Below, piece after piece: positions 8,589 to 16,924 of a stretch of DNA of 26,477 nt. Positions within the stretch are counted from its first letter, which is position 1. Each line of letters opens with the position of its first letter. Source of the DNA: an uncultured archaeon (GTDB lineage: Archaea > Asgardarchaeota > Thorarchaeia > Thorarchaeales > Thorarchaeaceae). The DNA lies in assembly GCA_964458565.1 (NCBI GenBank), contig CAYWJO010000002.1, positions 190,335-216,811 on the forward strand. Reading direction: 5' to 3'. The notes under the pieces are model-generated. The model was given only the letters and a program-made list of their open reading frames with translations, had not been told where the DNA came from and ran no database searches. The position numbers and the translations under genes are program-made.

Positions 8589-10874
8589 TCAGCTAAGGGC
8601 TGTCTGAAATGTCCAGCTCTTCTCATCTTTCTCAATGGATGGATAGTCCAGATATTGAACCGGAATCAGACTTTCAAACGCCCTCTTACAGAGTCTAGAG
8701 TATTCTTCCGCATCATAAGTGCTTGTTTCATCGAGGAGTTCCACCGCTCTCACCCTTCTCATCTGGGATTCGGCATCAGCTTGAATCATGATATACCTCA
8801 CCTTTTGCCCGGCATTTAGTTCCTTTCCTGCTTCAGTAAGTTGTCTTGCCACAATGGAGGCCCTTGACATAGCACGATACTCATTTGGTGCTCTTGTGAG
8901 CCGAGAATGAAGCACAAGGTCACGAAGATCAACATCTCCATCATGAAGCCTTCTTGTGAAGTCTTGACATACTTCATAGGCCGCTGGTATCTTCTCTAGA
9001 AATCCTTCTTTATCCCGGCCGCCTGCAAGTGTCTTTATCATCTCCATTTGACAATCTCCAACATACAGACACGTATCGCGTCGTCGAGTTTCGATTCCTC
9101 GGGTCTTGATTGTCCCATTCTGAAATACACCATAGTATCGATTCAGTGGTGCAATCATTGGGTGTGTTCTAGATGATGGAATGACCATCCATCTATAGAC
9201 GCCCTTCATTGACATTGGAATTCCTACACACTCTGTGACTCTCCGACAGAACTCATTGACTCTCTCTGCATCAACCCTTCCCACTCGGGACTTGAGCCAG
9301 ACTGAATCCACAATCCCATGAATGAGATCAAATCCTAGGTCCTCGCCAATATCTCTGGTCTTCAAGAGAACATCTCTTGCCAGAGCAGTGACGGCAGTAT
9401 GAGCTTCGACTCTACCGAATCTCGCATTTTTGAATCCGAGATATCCAAAACATGATACAAGAACCCCTTTCAGCGTGTTTTCCATCAGACTATACTTGTC
9501 TGCATCCTTCCCTTCACTTATGAGCCGCTTGAACGAATTCCTCTTGCTCACTACTAGTTCCAAGGCACGTGACACGATTCCCCTTCTGCGTCCACAGATT
9601 CGAAACCTCAATCCCGGTACTTCCAGACAGTTATCCGGTTCATCGGGACAATCCGTTTTCATGCATATGGTTTCAGGACTGATGTTTCTGGTGACCATAA
9701 GTGTTGGATACATTGATGAGAAGTCGCATTCTGCCACATTCTCATAGATATCTGGTCTCGGTTGAAATATGAGTCCCCCTCGATCTATAGCTGCCAAGTC
9801 TGTTACGGGTTTGAGAAACTCGGGATTCTTCTTAATCGGTGGAATGAGGATATTCATCTCATAAGCCGTATAGTATTGTACTGCAGCATTGATACTTCCT
9901 ATTGACATTCGTGACACTCTCTGCGGCTGAGAATAGGCTAATCTGCATCCTTCGATTACTCCCTCGAGACCTTTGGCTGAATAGTACAGGCTCTCACCTC
10001 TGTCGAAGTGCAATCTGCCCGTGAACATGACCTGATTTCCTGACCTGAAGACAATCTGATTGTACTGCCAGAATGAATTGGGTTCTTTCTCAGTCACATT
10101 CAACGGTGAATTATCCCTTGAGAGATATAGCTGCAAACCGTTTGCCTGTGCTCTAATTGTCAAATATTGGAAAAGATGATTATCACCGCCATTGGTGGAT
10201 ATCACATCCGGATCTATACGATTGATGAGGTCCTGAAACTTGACAAGGATTTCATGTTCATCCAGTCCATCAATACGAATCTGGGTTCCTCGGTGTATCA
10301 CTGATATCTGTTGGATTGGGTCTTCCATGGTGGGGAATATGTTCTCCGTGTCTGCAAAAATCTCTAGAGCCACCTCATCAAGATCAGGGGTCTCGTATTC
10401 AACGGTCTCTCGATCGTCAAGACACTTGATCCAACTGATGCTCTCTCCGTCAGTCTCGAACTCAACTCGTCCGAACGGGAATATCCTTTCATTGATGAAG
10501 AACTGCTGTACTGCGTTGATGTCCGAATGAAAAACAGTTGACTGTGGCAATCGTTCAAGGTCTCTCGCAACCTTTAGAATCGAATCCGGTTCTGTGAATA
10601 CCTGAAGAACATCACTCATCTCCTCATCATAGACGCTAACATACTTCTGTACAACCTTGCTGTCCACTACATCGGGATGTGTGTGCAGTATCTTCATGAG
10701 GTCTGAATTTGACCAGTTACCCTCTCTCAGTAGAGGCGTATCAACAAACACCGAAGGATTGAAGCCGCGATAGGTGTATCCCCTGGTCTTTCGTCCAATC
10801 TTTATCCAGAGAGTATATGCACGCTTCTCTCTGTCTATGCTTGCATCCAGTAGCCATCCGGTCTCTATCGTCAG
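8589..10874 (-). CDS. polB2: Family B DNA polymerase, archaeal PolB2 group
   Basis: Motif A ECDFSSMYP, motif B KGVLVSCFGYLG, degenerate motif C IHGIVDSVW, plus DRGG, RYYG and KTRGIETRRRD. The frame stays open upstream of 10751 (…TIETGWLLDAS…YTLWIK…) to a CTG at 10874, with an in-frame TAA at 10878-10880. Confidence 0.88.
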   Translation of the reverse strand: MTIETGWLLDASIDREKRAYTLWIKIGRKTRGYTYRGFNPSVFVDTPLLREGNWSNSDLMKILHTHPDVVDSKVVQKYVSVYDEEMSDVLQVFTEPDSILKVARDLERLPQSTVFHSDINAVQQFFINERIFPFGRVEFETDGESISWIKCLDDRETVEYETPDLDEVALEIFADTENIFPTMEDPIQQISVIHRGTQIRIDGLDEHEILVKFQDLINRIDPDVISTNGGDNHLFQYLTIRAQANGLQLYLSRDNSPLNVTEKEPNSFWQYNQIVFRSGNQVMFTGRLHFDRGESLYYSAKGLEGVIEGCRLAYSQPQRVSRMSIGSINAAVQYYTAYEMNILIPPIKKNPEFLKPVTDLAAIDRGGLIFQPRPDIYENVAECDFSSMYPTLMVTRNISPETICMKTDCPDEPDNCLEVPGLRFRICGRRRGIVSRALELVVSKRNSFKRLISEGKDADKYSLMENTLKGVLVSCFGYLGFKNARFGRVEAHTAVTALARDVLLKTRDIGEDLGFDLIHGIVDSVWLKSRVGRVDAERVNEFCRRVTECVGIPMSMKGVYRWMVIPSSRTHPMIAPLNRYYGVFQNGTIKTRGIETRRRDTCLYVGDCQMEMIKTLAGGRDKEGFLEKIPAAYEVCQDFTRRLHDGDVDLRDLVLHSRLTRAPNEYRAMSRASIVARQLTEAGKELNAGQKVRYIMIQADAESQMRRVRAVELLDETSTYDAEEYSRLCKRAFESLIPVQYLDYPSIEKDEKSWTFQTALS

Positions 10875-11146
10875 GGTTTAGTCGCCTCTAGTCTTACTCT
10901 GAGGTGAACGAATTCTTTTCTCAACTCCTCTATCTCCCCAATTAATTCAGTGAGGGCGGAAAGTATGATCACTTCTGTGATTCTCGGTGTTGCTAACATG
11001 GTGCCTGCATCTGCACACTTTCTGGCATAGTCAAAGATACGACCGAAGTGCTCCCTCTCTCTCGGCCGAAGTGTTCGCTTGAAGTCTTTCCAGCGTGCCT
11101 CGTCGGCATCCACTGCGTTTCTGAAGGTCCTGACTGTACGTCCCAC
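10871..11146 (-). CDS. Small helical 'MGRT' protein typically encoded upstream of polB2 (arCOG07300-like)
   Basis: MGRTV.TFR......W..FKR.LR..ERE.F...F..AR signature; its stop codon overlaps the proposed polB2 start. Confidence 0.75.
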   Translation of the reverse strand: MGRTVRTFRNAVDADEARWKDFKRTLRPREREHFGRIFDYARKCADAGTMLATPRITEVIILSALTELIGEIEELRKEFVHLRVRLEATKP

Positions 11147-11333
11147 TATTGTTTCCTCTGCACTCTTTCAGGTATGATGGCTCGACAGGCATACTCTTAG
11201 TGCAGCAATTAGTACTGTAGTTTGTGGAAGGTGTTTGTACGTTTGGCAGAACAGTATGGCCCAGAGACTGGTCCCCGAAAGTAATACCCGGATACTATAA
11301 TGGCGACAATGTTCGAAACCGATTTGTGGGATT

Positions 11334-12023
11334 ATGTGGTCGAGATATTGTTCAGCGTTTCTTCTTCTGTTGCTTGTAGGCTCGATGATGCTTCCATCAG
11401 TTGCTGCAGATTCTGTTTTACGATATGGTGTGTCTGAAGGAGACCGTATCTATTATCATTGGACTGGAAATCGTACCGTAAGTTCGTATACTGTGGAGTT
11501 GAATCATGTAGTGTACATTGATTTTACATACGGAGTACCTGAAAATATATCGATGCCATATCAACTAACGCATTACCTTCTATTTTTTGAGAATGGAACT
11601 CCCATAGGTCTCAATGTTCCGGGATGGCCATACAATAGTACTAGACCTGGAACGGAAATCGTTGAACCAATGCATACTCCCCTTGCTCCTTTACCGATTG
11701 GAAATTGGACTTACACAAGCCAGTTCTATGAAGATCCAACGGTCAATATAATAGAAGATATGCTCATCTGGACTATAATCTCTAATACACCTACTCGTTC
11801 TTTTCAACGAACTTTTACTAAATCTGATGGTATTGTCAGTCATCTGATTTACCAGCTGAATTATTCTGAATACTATTCATATTATTATGACCTAGTACGA
11901 ATTATTGATTGGGCTCCTGTGTTAGTGATTGGTTTTGTAGCCAGCGTTGGTGTTATTGCCGTAGTTATAGTACTTCTCCGAAGACGAACAAAAGCTGTGG
12001 ATATATCCCACAAAGAACTTTAA
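11334..12023 (+). CDS. Hypothetical exported protein with C-terminal membrane anchor
   Basis: Hydrophobic signal peptide ending PSVAA; YGVSEGDRIYY start of the mature domain; C-terminal TM helix followed by RRR. Confidence 0.7.
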   Translation: MWSRYCSAFLLLLLVGSMMLPSVAADSVLRYGVSEGDRIYYHWTGNRTVSSYTVELNHVVYIDFTYGVPENISMPYQLTHYLLFFENGTPIGLNVPGWPYNSTRPGTEIVEPMHTPLAPLPIGNWTYTSQFYEDPTVNIIEDMLIWTIISNTPTRSFQRTFTKSDGIVSHLIYQLNYSEYYSYYYDLVRIIDWAPVLVIGFVASVGVIAVVIVLLRRRTKAVDISHKEL

Positions 12024-12087
12024 TAACCCCTCAATCATATCTGCAACAATACAGTTCCATGAGGAGGAACTATATTCAACAACTCAG

Positions 12088-12666
12088 ATGGTGCTAAAAA
12101 TGGTCACAGCACTCTTTAAAGTAGTCTTGATGGGTGACGGAAGTGTCGGGAAAACTAGCCTGAGACGTGTGTATATGGGCGAGGGGTTCAAGGCTAATTA
12201 CATGATCACCATCGGAGCTGACTTCGCCGTTAAGAAGATGCAGCTTGCGGGAGGCCACGATGTGAGTATTCAGATCTGGGATCTCGCAGGTCAGGAGCAC
12301 TTCAAGAGTGTCCGCTCTACATTCTATAGAGGCGCTCAGGGCGCTCTTGCAGTTTATTCTACAGTGGAACGAACATCATTTGATAATATGTGGAACTGGA
12401 TTGAGGAATGCTGGACCAATGCTATGAAGAAGATTCCAATCGTTCTGATTGCAAACAAAATTGATTTGCGTGATCAGTTCAAGGATAATCCAGTCATGCA
12501 ACAGACCATAGTCACAACAGAAGAGGGCCAAGCGCTTGCTGATAAAATTGCAGCTCAGGGTGTTCATGCTTCATTCTTGGAGACATCTGCTAAGACTGGA
12601 CATAATGCCGAGGCAGCTTTTCTTGAGCTTGCAATTAAGATTCTTGAAACTGGTGGATTGAACTAG
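12088..12666 (+). CDS. Rab-like small GTPase (Ras superfamily)
   Basis: G1 GDGSVGKTS, switch I Y..TIGADF, G3 IWDLAGQE, FYRGA, G4 NKID, G5 ETSAK; no C-terminal prenylation cysteines. Confidence 0.93.
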   Translation: MVLKMVTALFKVVLMGDGSVGKTSLRRVYMGEGFKANYMITIGADFAVKKMQLAGGHDVSIQIWDLAGQEHFKSVRSTFYRGAQGALAVYSTVERTSFDNMWNWIEECWTNAMKKIPIVLIANKIDLRDQFKDNPVMQQTIVTTEEGQALADKIAAQGVHASFLETSAKTGHNAEAAFLELAIKILETGGLN

Positions 12667-12683
12667 TTCTCCTCCCTTCAAGG

Positions 12684-12962
12684 GTGGACTCCATGAATCC
12701 AAGAAATTCAGAGCATGGATTGTTTTTCCAAGTAAGTAAAATCATTTTTACCATTGGACTGGCTCTAATTACATCTACGCTCTTTATTGTAATTGGTGTG
12801 GCTCTTCTTAGTATTGTGACGCATTCATTTGAAATTACTCTCTATCTGAATTTACTACTAACAATACAGGACACTGGAATTGTCATCACCCTGATTGGAG
12901 GCGCAGGATTGATAGTTGTTAGTTTACATGAACGGTTCTCAAAGAAACAATTAGAATCATAA
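12684..12962 (+). CDS. Small two-TM membrane protein
   Basis: Two long hydrophobic segments; starts 17 nt after the GTPase stop; overlaps the convergent gene by 6 nt. Confidence 0.55.
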   Translation: MDSMNPRNSEHGLFFQVSKIIFTIGLALITSTLFIVIGVALLSIVTHSFEITLYLNLLLTIQDTGIVITLIGGAGLIVVSLHERFSKKQLES

Positions 12963-14141
12963 CTCTCCAAGAAGACGCAAAGTCATTTCATATAACTCGC
13001 TCGCAGCAGTGTGTAGTATCTCGGGATTATCCGAGTAAACGTCCATCCTTACTTTGGACACCTTCTCCTTCGAGTCTCCAACTAACAGAATCGAGGCGAC
13101 AATATCCAATTTTGTGAATTGCCCCTTTCCAATCCCGTAAATGGAACCCATGAATGCCTTTGATTTGTCATCTTTTTCTTTATGATAGATGTGTAAATTC
13201 ATAGCCTCAAAGGTTTGCATGAACATCTCATAGAGCTCATTAGGGTCTCTGGTGACTTGATGCTCTCTTCCCCATTGTTTCAGTTTCTTCCTCTTCTTTT
13301 CCGCAGTCTTCTTTGATAATTCAACAGGTGCTATCCAGTCATAGAAAGAACGTACAAAACAATTGCCTGCTTTAGCTGAGACCCGTTCTCCTGAGGGCTC
13401 AGTGAAGGTAACTGATGTGATCATCTCCCCCTCTATGCATTCATTGAATGCTTTGAATGTGAAGCTAACCCTCTTACTCTTAGTGCCTTTAATTTCATCA
13501 ATAACTATCCGCATTTCATCAGGAGAATGAAGACTTTCATTGGGAAATGCAAGGAGACGAACTTCAACATTCGTTATTGTATCCTCTGATTCATTAATCA
13601 CTGTGACTTCAAATTCTATGTTATCTACACCCGCAGAGTAATCATTCTTTATGAATACTGTATCACTAGTCCTCAATGGAATTTCATCATCATGGATTAT
13701 CGCTGCTTCATGATCCAGACCGTTATCTCCAAGGAGATTCGGAACATTTACAGGTGCGTTTTGTATCCAATCAATTGTGAATTCAGCAGCAGCCTTCACT
13801 TTAGGATTTGAATCACTTGTCAACTTCTTCAAATCCTGTTCCTTCAGACTTCCAGCTACAAGTCCTGTCATAACAACTGCAAGGGCTCTCACTGCATCAT
13901 TATCATCAAGTACTGCAATCTCAAGACCATCTAGTGCATCAAATCCGAACTCTCCGAGTCTGCAAGTGGCGATTAATCTCTCTTCGAGCTCTCCTGTGAG
14001 TGATAGGTCTTTGCAGGCTTGCAGCGACTCATATTCTTCAAGTACTTTGTATAGCTTGTATTCTTTAGTACCAAGTATCTGCTTGAAACTACGTTTCAGT
14101 TTCCCGAGCGCATCCGAGCTAGTTTCTTTTGTGTCTGGCAC
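12957..14141 (-). CDS. HEAT-repeat protein with Ig-like sandwich and platform domain (beta-COP/adaptin appendage-like)
   Basis: HEAT-like segments D.NDAVRALAV and DSNPKVKAAA; beta-sandwich FEVTVINESEDTITNVEVRL; D.I.P junction followed by an alpha/beta platform ending KVRMDVYSDNPEILHTAASEL. Confidence 0.62.
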   Translation of the reverse strand: MPDTKETSSDALGKLKRSFKQILGTKEYKLYKVLEEYESLQACKDLSLTGELEERLIATCRLGEFGFDALDGLEIAVLDDNDAVRALAVVMTGLVAGSLKEQDLKKLTSDSNPKVKAAAEFTIDWIQNAPVNVPNLLGDNGLDHEAAIIHDDEIPLRTSDTVFIKNDYSAGVDNIEFEVTVINESEDTITNVEVRLLAFPNESLHSPDEMRIVIDEIKGTKSKRVSFTFKAFNECIEGEMITSVTFTEPSGERVSAKAGNCFVRSFYDWIAPVELSKKTAEKKRKKLKQWGREHQVTRDPNELYEMFMQTFEAMNLHIYHKEKDDKSKAFMGSIYGIGKGQFTKLDIVASILLVGDSKEKVSKVRMDVYSDNPEILHTAASELYEMTLRLLGEL

Positions 14142-14204
14142 TCTGAGCCCCCTATATTCTTCGTTTTCTTCATCGTTTTAATACTTATGCTGCTCAATCT
14201 GCGA

Positions 14205-14235
14205 ACTCTCTATTCATAAGCTTTTTAGCCGTGAT
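14205..14235. promoter_or_regulatory. Possible overlapping divergent BRE/TATA promoters for the appendage-like and WD40 genes
   Basis: TTCATAAGCTTTTTAG in the 126-nt divergent gap reads as AAAAAG-CTTATGAA on the minus strand and AAG-CTTTTTAG on the plus strand. Confidence 0.3.
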
Positions 14236-14267
14236 TTTGGAGGCCACAAGAGTAACCAACATAGCTA

Positions 14268-15401
14268 GTGATTTCAATGGCTCAGAGAGAACTCTCCTTA
14301 TTCCTAAATCCCGTTGTACTGAAACCAGCCGCTGAACACGGATCCGAAATCACGCGTAGGTTAGCTATGAACAAAGTTGGTAGAATGATAGCTGCAGCAA
14401 TGCAGGATAAGTCAATTCGTCTTTACGATGTAAGAAATTGCGAAGAGATGCAAAGACTCCAAGACAACTTCCTCTGTACCTCTATAGCATTCAGCCCCAA
14501 GGGTGATATTATTGCATCCGGTGGTGTTGATCGTGTCATAAAACTCTGGGATATAAAATCAGGTTCACTTCTAGGCACTCTTGAGGGTCATACATATCCT
14601 GTTCTATCTCTCGCATTCTCCCCTGATGGTGATCGACTAGTATCATCCAGCGGAGATACCACACTCATTGTATGGGACCTAGAGAAACAACAGAGTCTTC
14701 ATCAGATGAAAGGTCACAAGCTCTATGTCGTATCTGCGGATTGGTCACCAGTTGAAGATCTTATTATCTCTGGAGGAATCGATGCGATGATTGGTGTCTG
14801 GAACCCATCATCAGGAGAATGTCTTGCACTACTCGAAGAACACAGGACCGCAGTTCAAACAGTTCGATTCACTCCTGATGGACAGAATTTTGCCTCGGGT
14901 TCCTCTGATATGACGATAAATCTGTGGAATACCGAAGGTGGTTTACCTACAGCTTTCAAGACCTTAAAGGGACATACTGCTGAGGTGAGGGCTCTATCTT
15001 ATAGTCACGATGGAAAATACATTGTTTCAGGTTCTGGGCAGAAAGAAATCTTTGTTTGGTCTACAGATGACTACGAAATCAAAGGTGAGGGTATTACTAC
15101 TGGTGAAATTGATGGTGCTGAATTTCTACCTGACCAACTTGCTTTTGTTTCTGCAGATGGTTCGGGAACCATCATTCGCTGGGAGATTCAAGAACTCTCA
15201 GCAATGCTTGAACCTTTTGAAAAATTCTTGGAAGAAATCCAAAATGACCCTGAACTTACACGAAAGGCTGAGCATATTCAAAAGTTCGAATATATTCAGA
15301 CACAATACAGCGACGCTACTCTCAGGGATAAGCGAGTGTTCTATATTATGTGGCAATGCAAGAAAGCTCTAGGTCTTCTAAAGGGAAAAGTCGTCCGATA
15401 G
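14268..15401 (+). CDS. WD40 beta-propeller protein (about 7 blades) with short helical C-terminal domain
   Basis: Repeated GH...V..(L/V)AFSP.G..(L/I)xSGx.D..I.(L/V)W(D/N) units; the last ~65 residues are predicted helical. Confidence 0.93.
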   Translation: MISMAQRELSLFLNPVVLKPAAEHGSEITRRLAMNKVGRMIAAAMQDKSIRLYDVRNCEEMQRLQDNFLCTSIAFSPKGDIIASGGVDRVIKLWDIKSGSLLGTLEGHTYPVLSLAFSPDGDRLVSSSGDTTLIVWDLEKQQSLHQMKGHKLYVVSADWSPVEDLIISGGIDAMIGVWNPSSGECLALLEEHRTAVQTVRFTPDGQNFASGSSDMTINLWNTEGGLPTAFKTLKGHTAEVRALSYSHDGKYIVSGSGQKEIFVWSTDDYEIKGEGITTGEIDGAEFLPDQLAFVSADGSGTIIRWEIQELSAMLEPFEKFLEEIQNDPELTRKAEHIQKFEYIQTQYSDATLRDKRVFYIMWQCKKALGLLKGKVVR

Positions 15402-15935
15402 CTACTGGCTCTTCTTACTTGACTCAATCATGACTCTGCAAAGGGCGGCATAAGCTTCTTCAACATTCAGACCTGTTAGAGCACTAGATTCAACATAGAG
15501 GTAATCATACTGCTCTGCATATTCCTTTCCTTCCTTTTCTGACACCACTCTACTTTCAATGAGGTCAACTTTGTTGGCTACAACAACCATTGGGACGTCT
15601 CTCCCGGAATTTTTGTTTGCTTCCTCTCTCCATCTGTCTATGTTCATGAATGTCCTCTTTCTCGTGACATCATAGACCAAGAGACCTCCCCTAGCGCCTC
15701 TATAGAATCCTGCTCTGACAACTTCGAACCTCTCTTGACCAGCAAGATCCCAAACCTGCAGCACAACATTAGTGTCAATGTCTGGAAGTTCAATCTTCTT
15801 GATGGCGAAATCAGAACCAATAGTCCGTTTATAGTCTGCTTCAAAATAGTCTTGTGTGAATCGTAGAGTTAGTGCTGTCTTTCCAACTGCACCATCTCCG
15901 AGCATAACTATCTTGAATCTATATTCTGCGGACAT
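15402..15935 (-). CDS. Rab-like small GTPase
   Basis: G1 GDGAVGKT, Y..TIGSDF, LQVWDLAGQERF, FYRGARG.LLVYDVT, NKVD, ESSA; no prenylation motif. Confidence 0.94.
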   Translation of the reverse strand: MSAEYRFKIVMLGDGAVGKTALTLRFTQDYFEADYKRTIGSDFAIKKIELPDIDTNVVLQVWDLAGQERFEVVRAGFYRGARGGLLVYDVTRKRTFMNIDRWREEANKNSGRDVPMVVVANKVDLIESRVVSEKEGKEYAEQYDYLYVESSALTGLNVEEAYAALCRVMIESSKKSQ

Positions 15936-16125
15936 TGAAACACTTCCAAACTAATGGGCTGATGGAGGTAAATCGATTATTCCATCCATATTTCATGAAT
16001 CAGCGTACCTTTTGAAACTTATTCTCTACAACTGTATAAGTATATAATTGAGATACTGCATTGCTGATACTATCATTTAATAGGAAATGCGCATTTCCAA
16101 TCATTGGAAGAATGGAGTGAAACAA

Positions 16126-16512
16126 ATGGAACGACCCGACTATCATGCGTTACCCGAGTTACTTGAACAGATGAATAAAGAGGGCGGGTATCTGGCTTCA
16201 ATAATAGCGCGTGAAGATGGACTTCTTGTGGCGTCAGCCGTTTCACCAACCACAAATGGCGATGTTGTTGCTGCTATGTCAGGAATTATTGCATCCACTG
16301 CAGATCGAATGCGAAAAGAACTAAGTCTTGGTATCATTAGGGACATTACCATCCGATGCTCAGAGGGGAATGCAGTCTTCAAGATGATAGAATCCGGAAA
16401 AACTGAGTCATTCATTCTAGCAGCACTCATACCCCGTAGAATTCGATACCATCTTCGTCCACTTGGTAAAACCGCAACGAAGATTTCACGTCTTTTTGGT
16501 TATAAACGCTAA
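16126..16512 (+). CDS. Roadblock/LC7 (MglB-like) protein
   Basis: LLEQM...GG.LASIIAREDGLLVAS…VVAAMSG…A.RM.KEL.LG…ITIR...G pattern. The likely start is ATG 16126 after GGAGTGA (the track starts at 16087). Confidence 0.85.
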   Translation: MERPDYHALPELLEQMNKEGGYLASIIAREDGLLVASAVSPTTNGDVVAAMSGIIASTADRMRKELSLGIIRDITIRCSEGNAVFKMIESGKTESFILAALIPRRIRYHLRPLGKTATKISRLFGYKR

Positions 16513-16588
16513 TCTATCTCTAGGGAAAAACTTCAAGTGATTAGATTCTGACTGCATTTGTAGATATAGTCTCTAGGAGAGCAGATGC

Positions 16589-16924
16589 TTGGACGAAGAG
16601 AAGGAATCCATAGAGGAGTCTGATATCGATAATGAATCAGATCCAATTGAGATAACCTTCTTCAAGTCTGACACATGTGCTTTCTGTCCACAAGCTGAAG
16701 AGATAATCCGTGACATAATTGACGATTTTGAAACGGATTTATTCAAGCTGAACATCATAAATGTTTCAGAGAATCCAGAAGCAGCTGAGGAATTCGGTGT
16801 CTTCGCTCTACCGACAACGATGATTGGTGGAATGTCAATTACCGGAATTCCAGAAACTGAGATGCTTATGAAGATGATAATCGGGTCCAGGATATCTAAA
16901 AAGAGGGAATCACGGGATGAGTGA
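16589..16924 (+). CDS. Thioredoxin-fold protein with CxxC (CAFC), KaiB-like in sequence and context
   Basis: F.S.TCAFCP, INVSENPEAAEEFGVFALPT (cis-Pro loop), ITGIP; acidic N-terminal tail; overlaps the next gene by 8 nt. Confidence 0.82.
   Translation: MDEEKESIEESDIDNESDPIEITFFKSDTCAFCPQAEEIIRDIIDDFETDLFKLNIINVSENPEAAEEFGVFALPTTMIGGMSITGIPETEMLMKMIIGSRISKKRESRDE

Noticed and set aside
6620-10570. Antisense or alternate-frame ORFs inside cofE, larC and polB2
   Set aside because: Fully nested in conserved genes; their composition is typical of reverse-frame shadows.
8589-11146. polB2 module as a mobile element or casposon
   Set aside because: No integrase, Cas1, terminal repeats or protein-primed polymerase features; the motifs match cellular PolB2.
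11147-11300. Possible remnant of a RadA-like gene upstream of the MGRT ORF
   Set aside because: Only short open frames with no convincing motif by eye; a pseudogene call cannot be supported.
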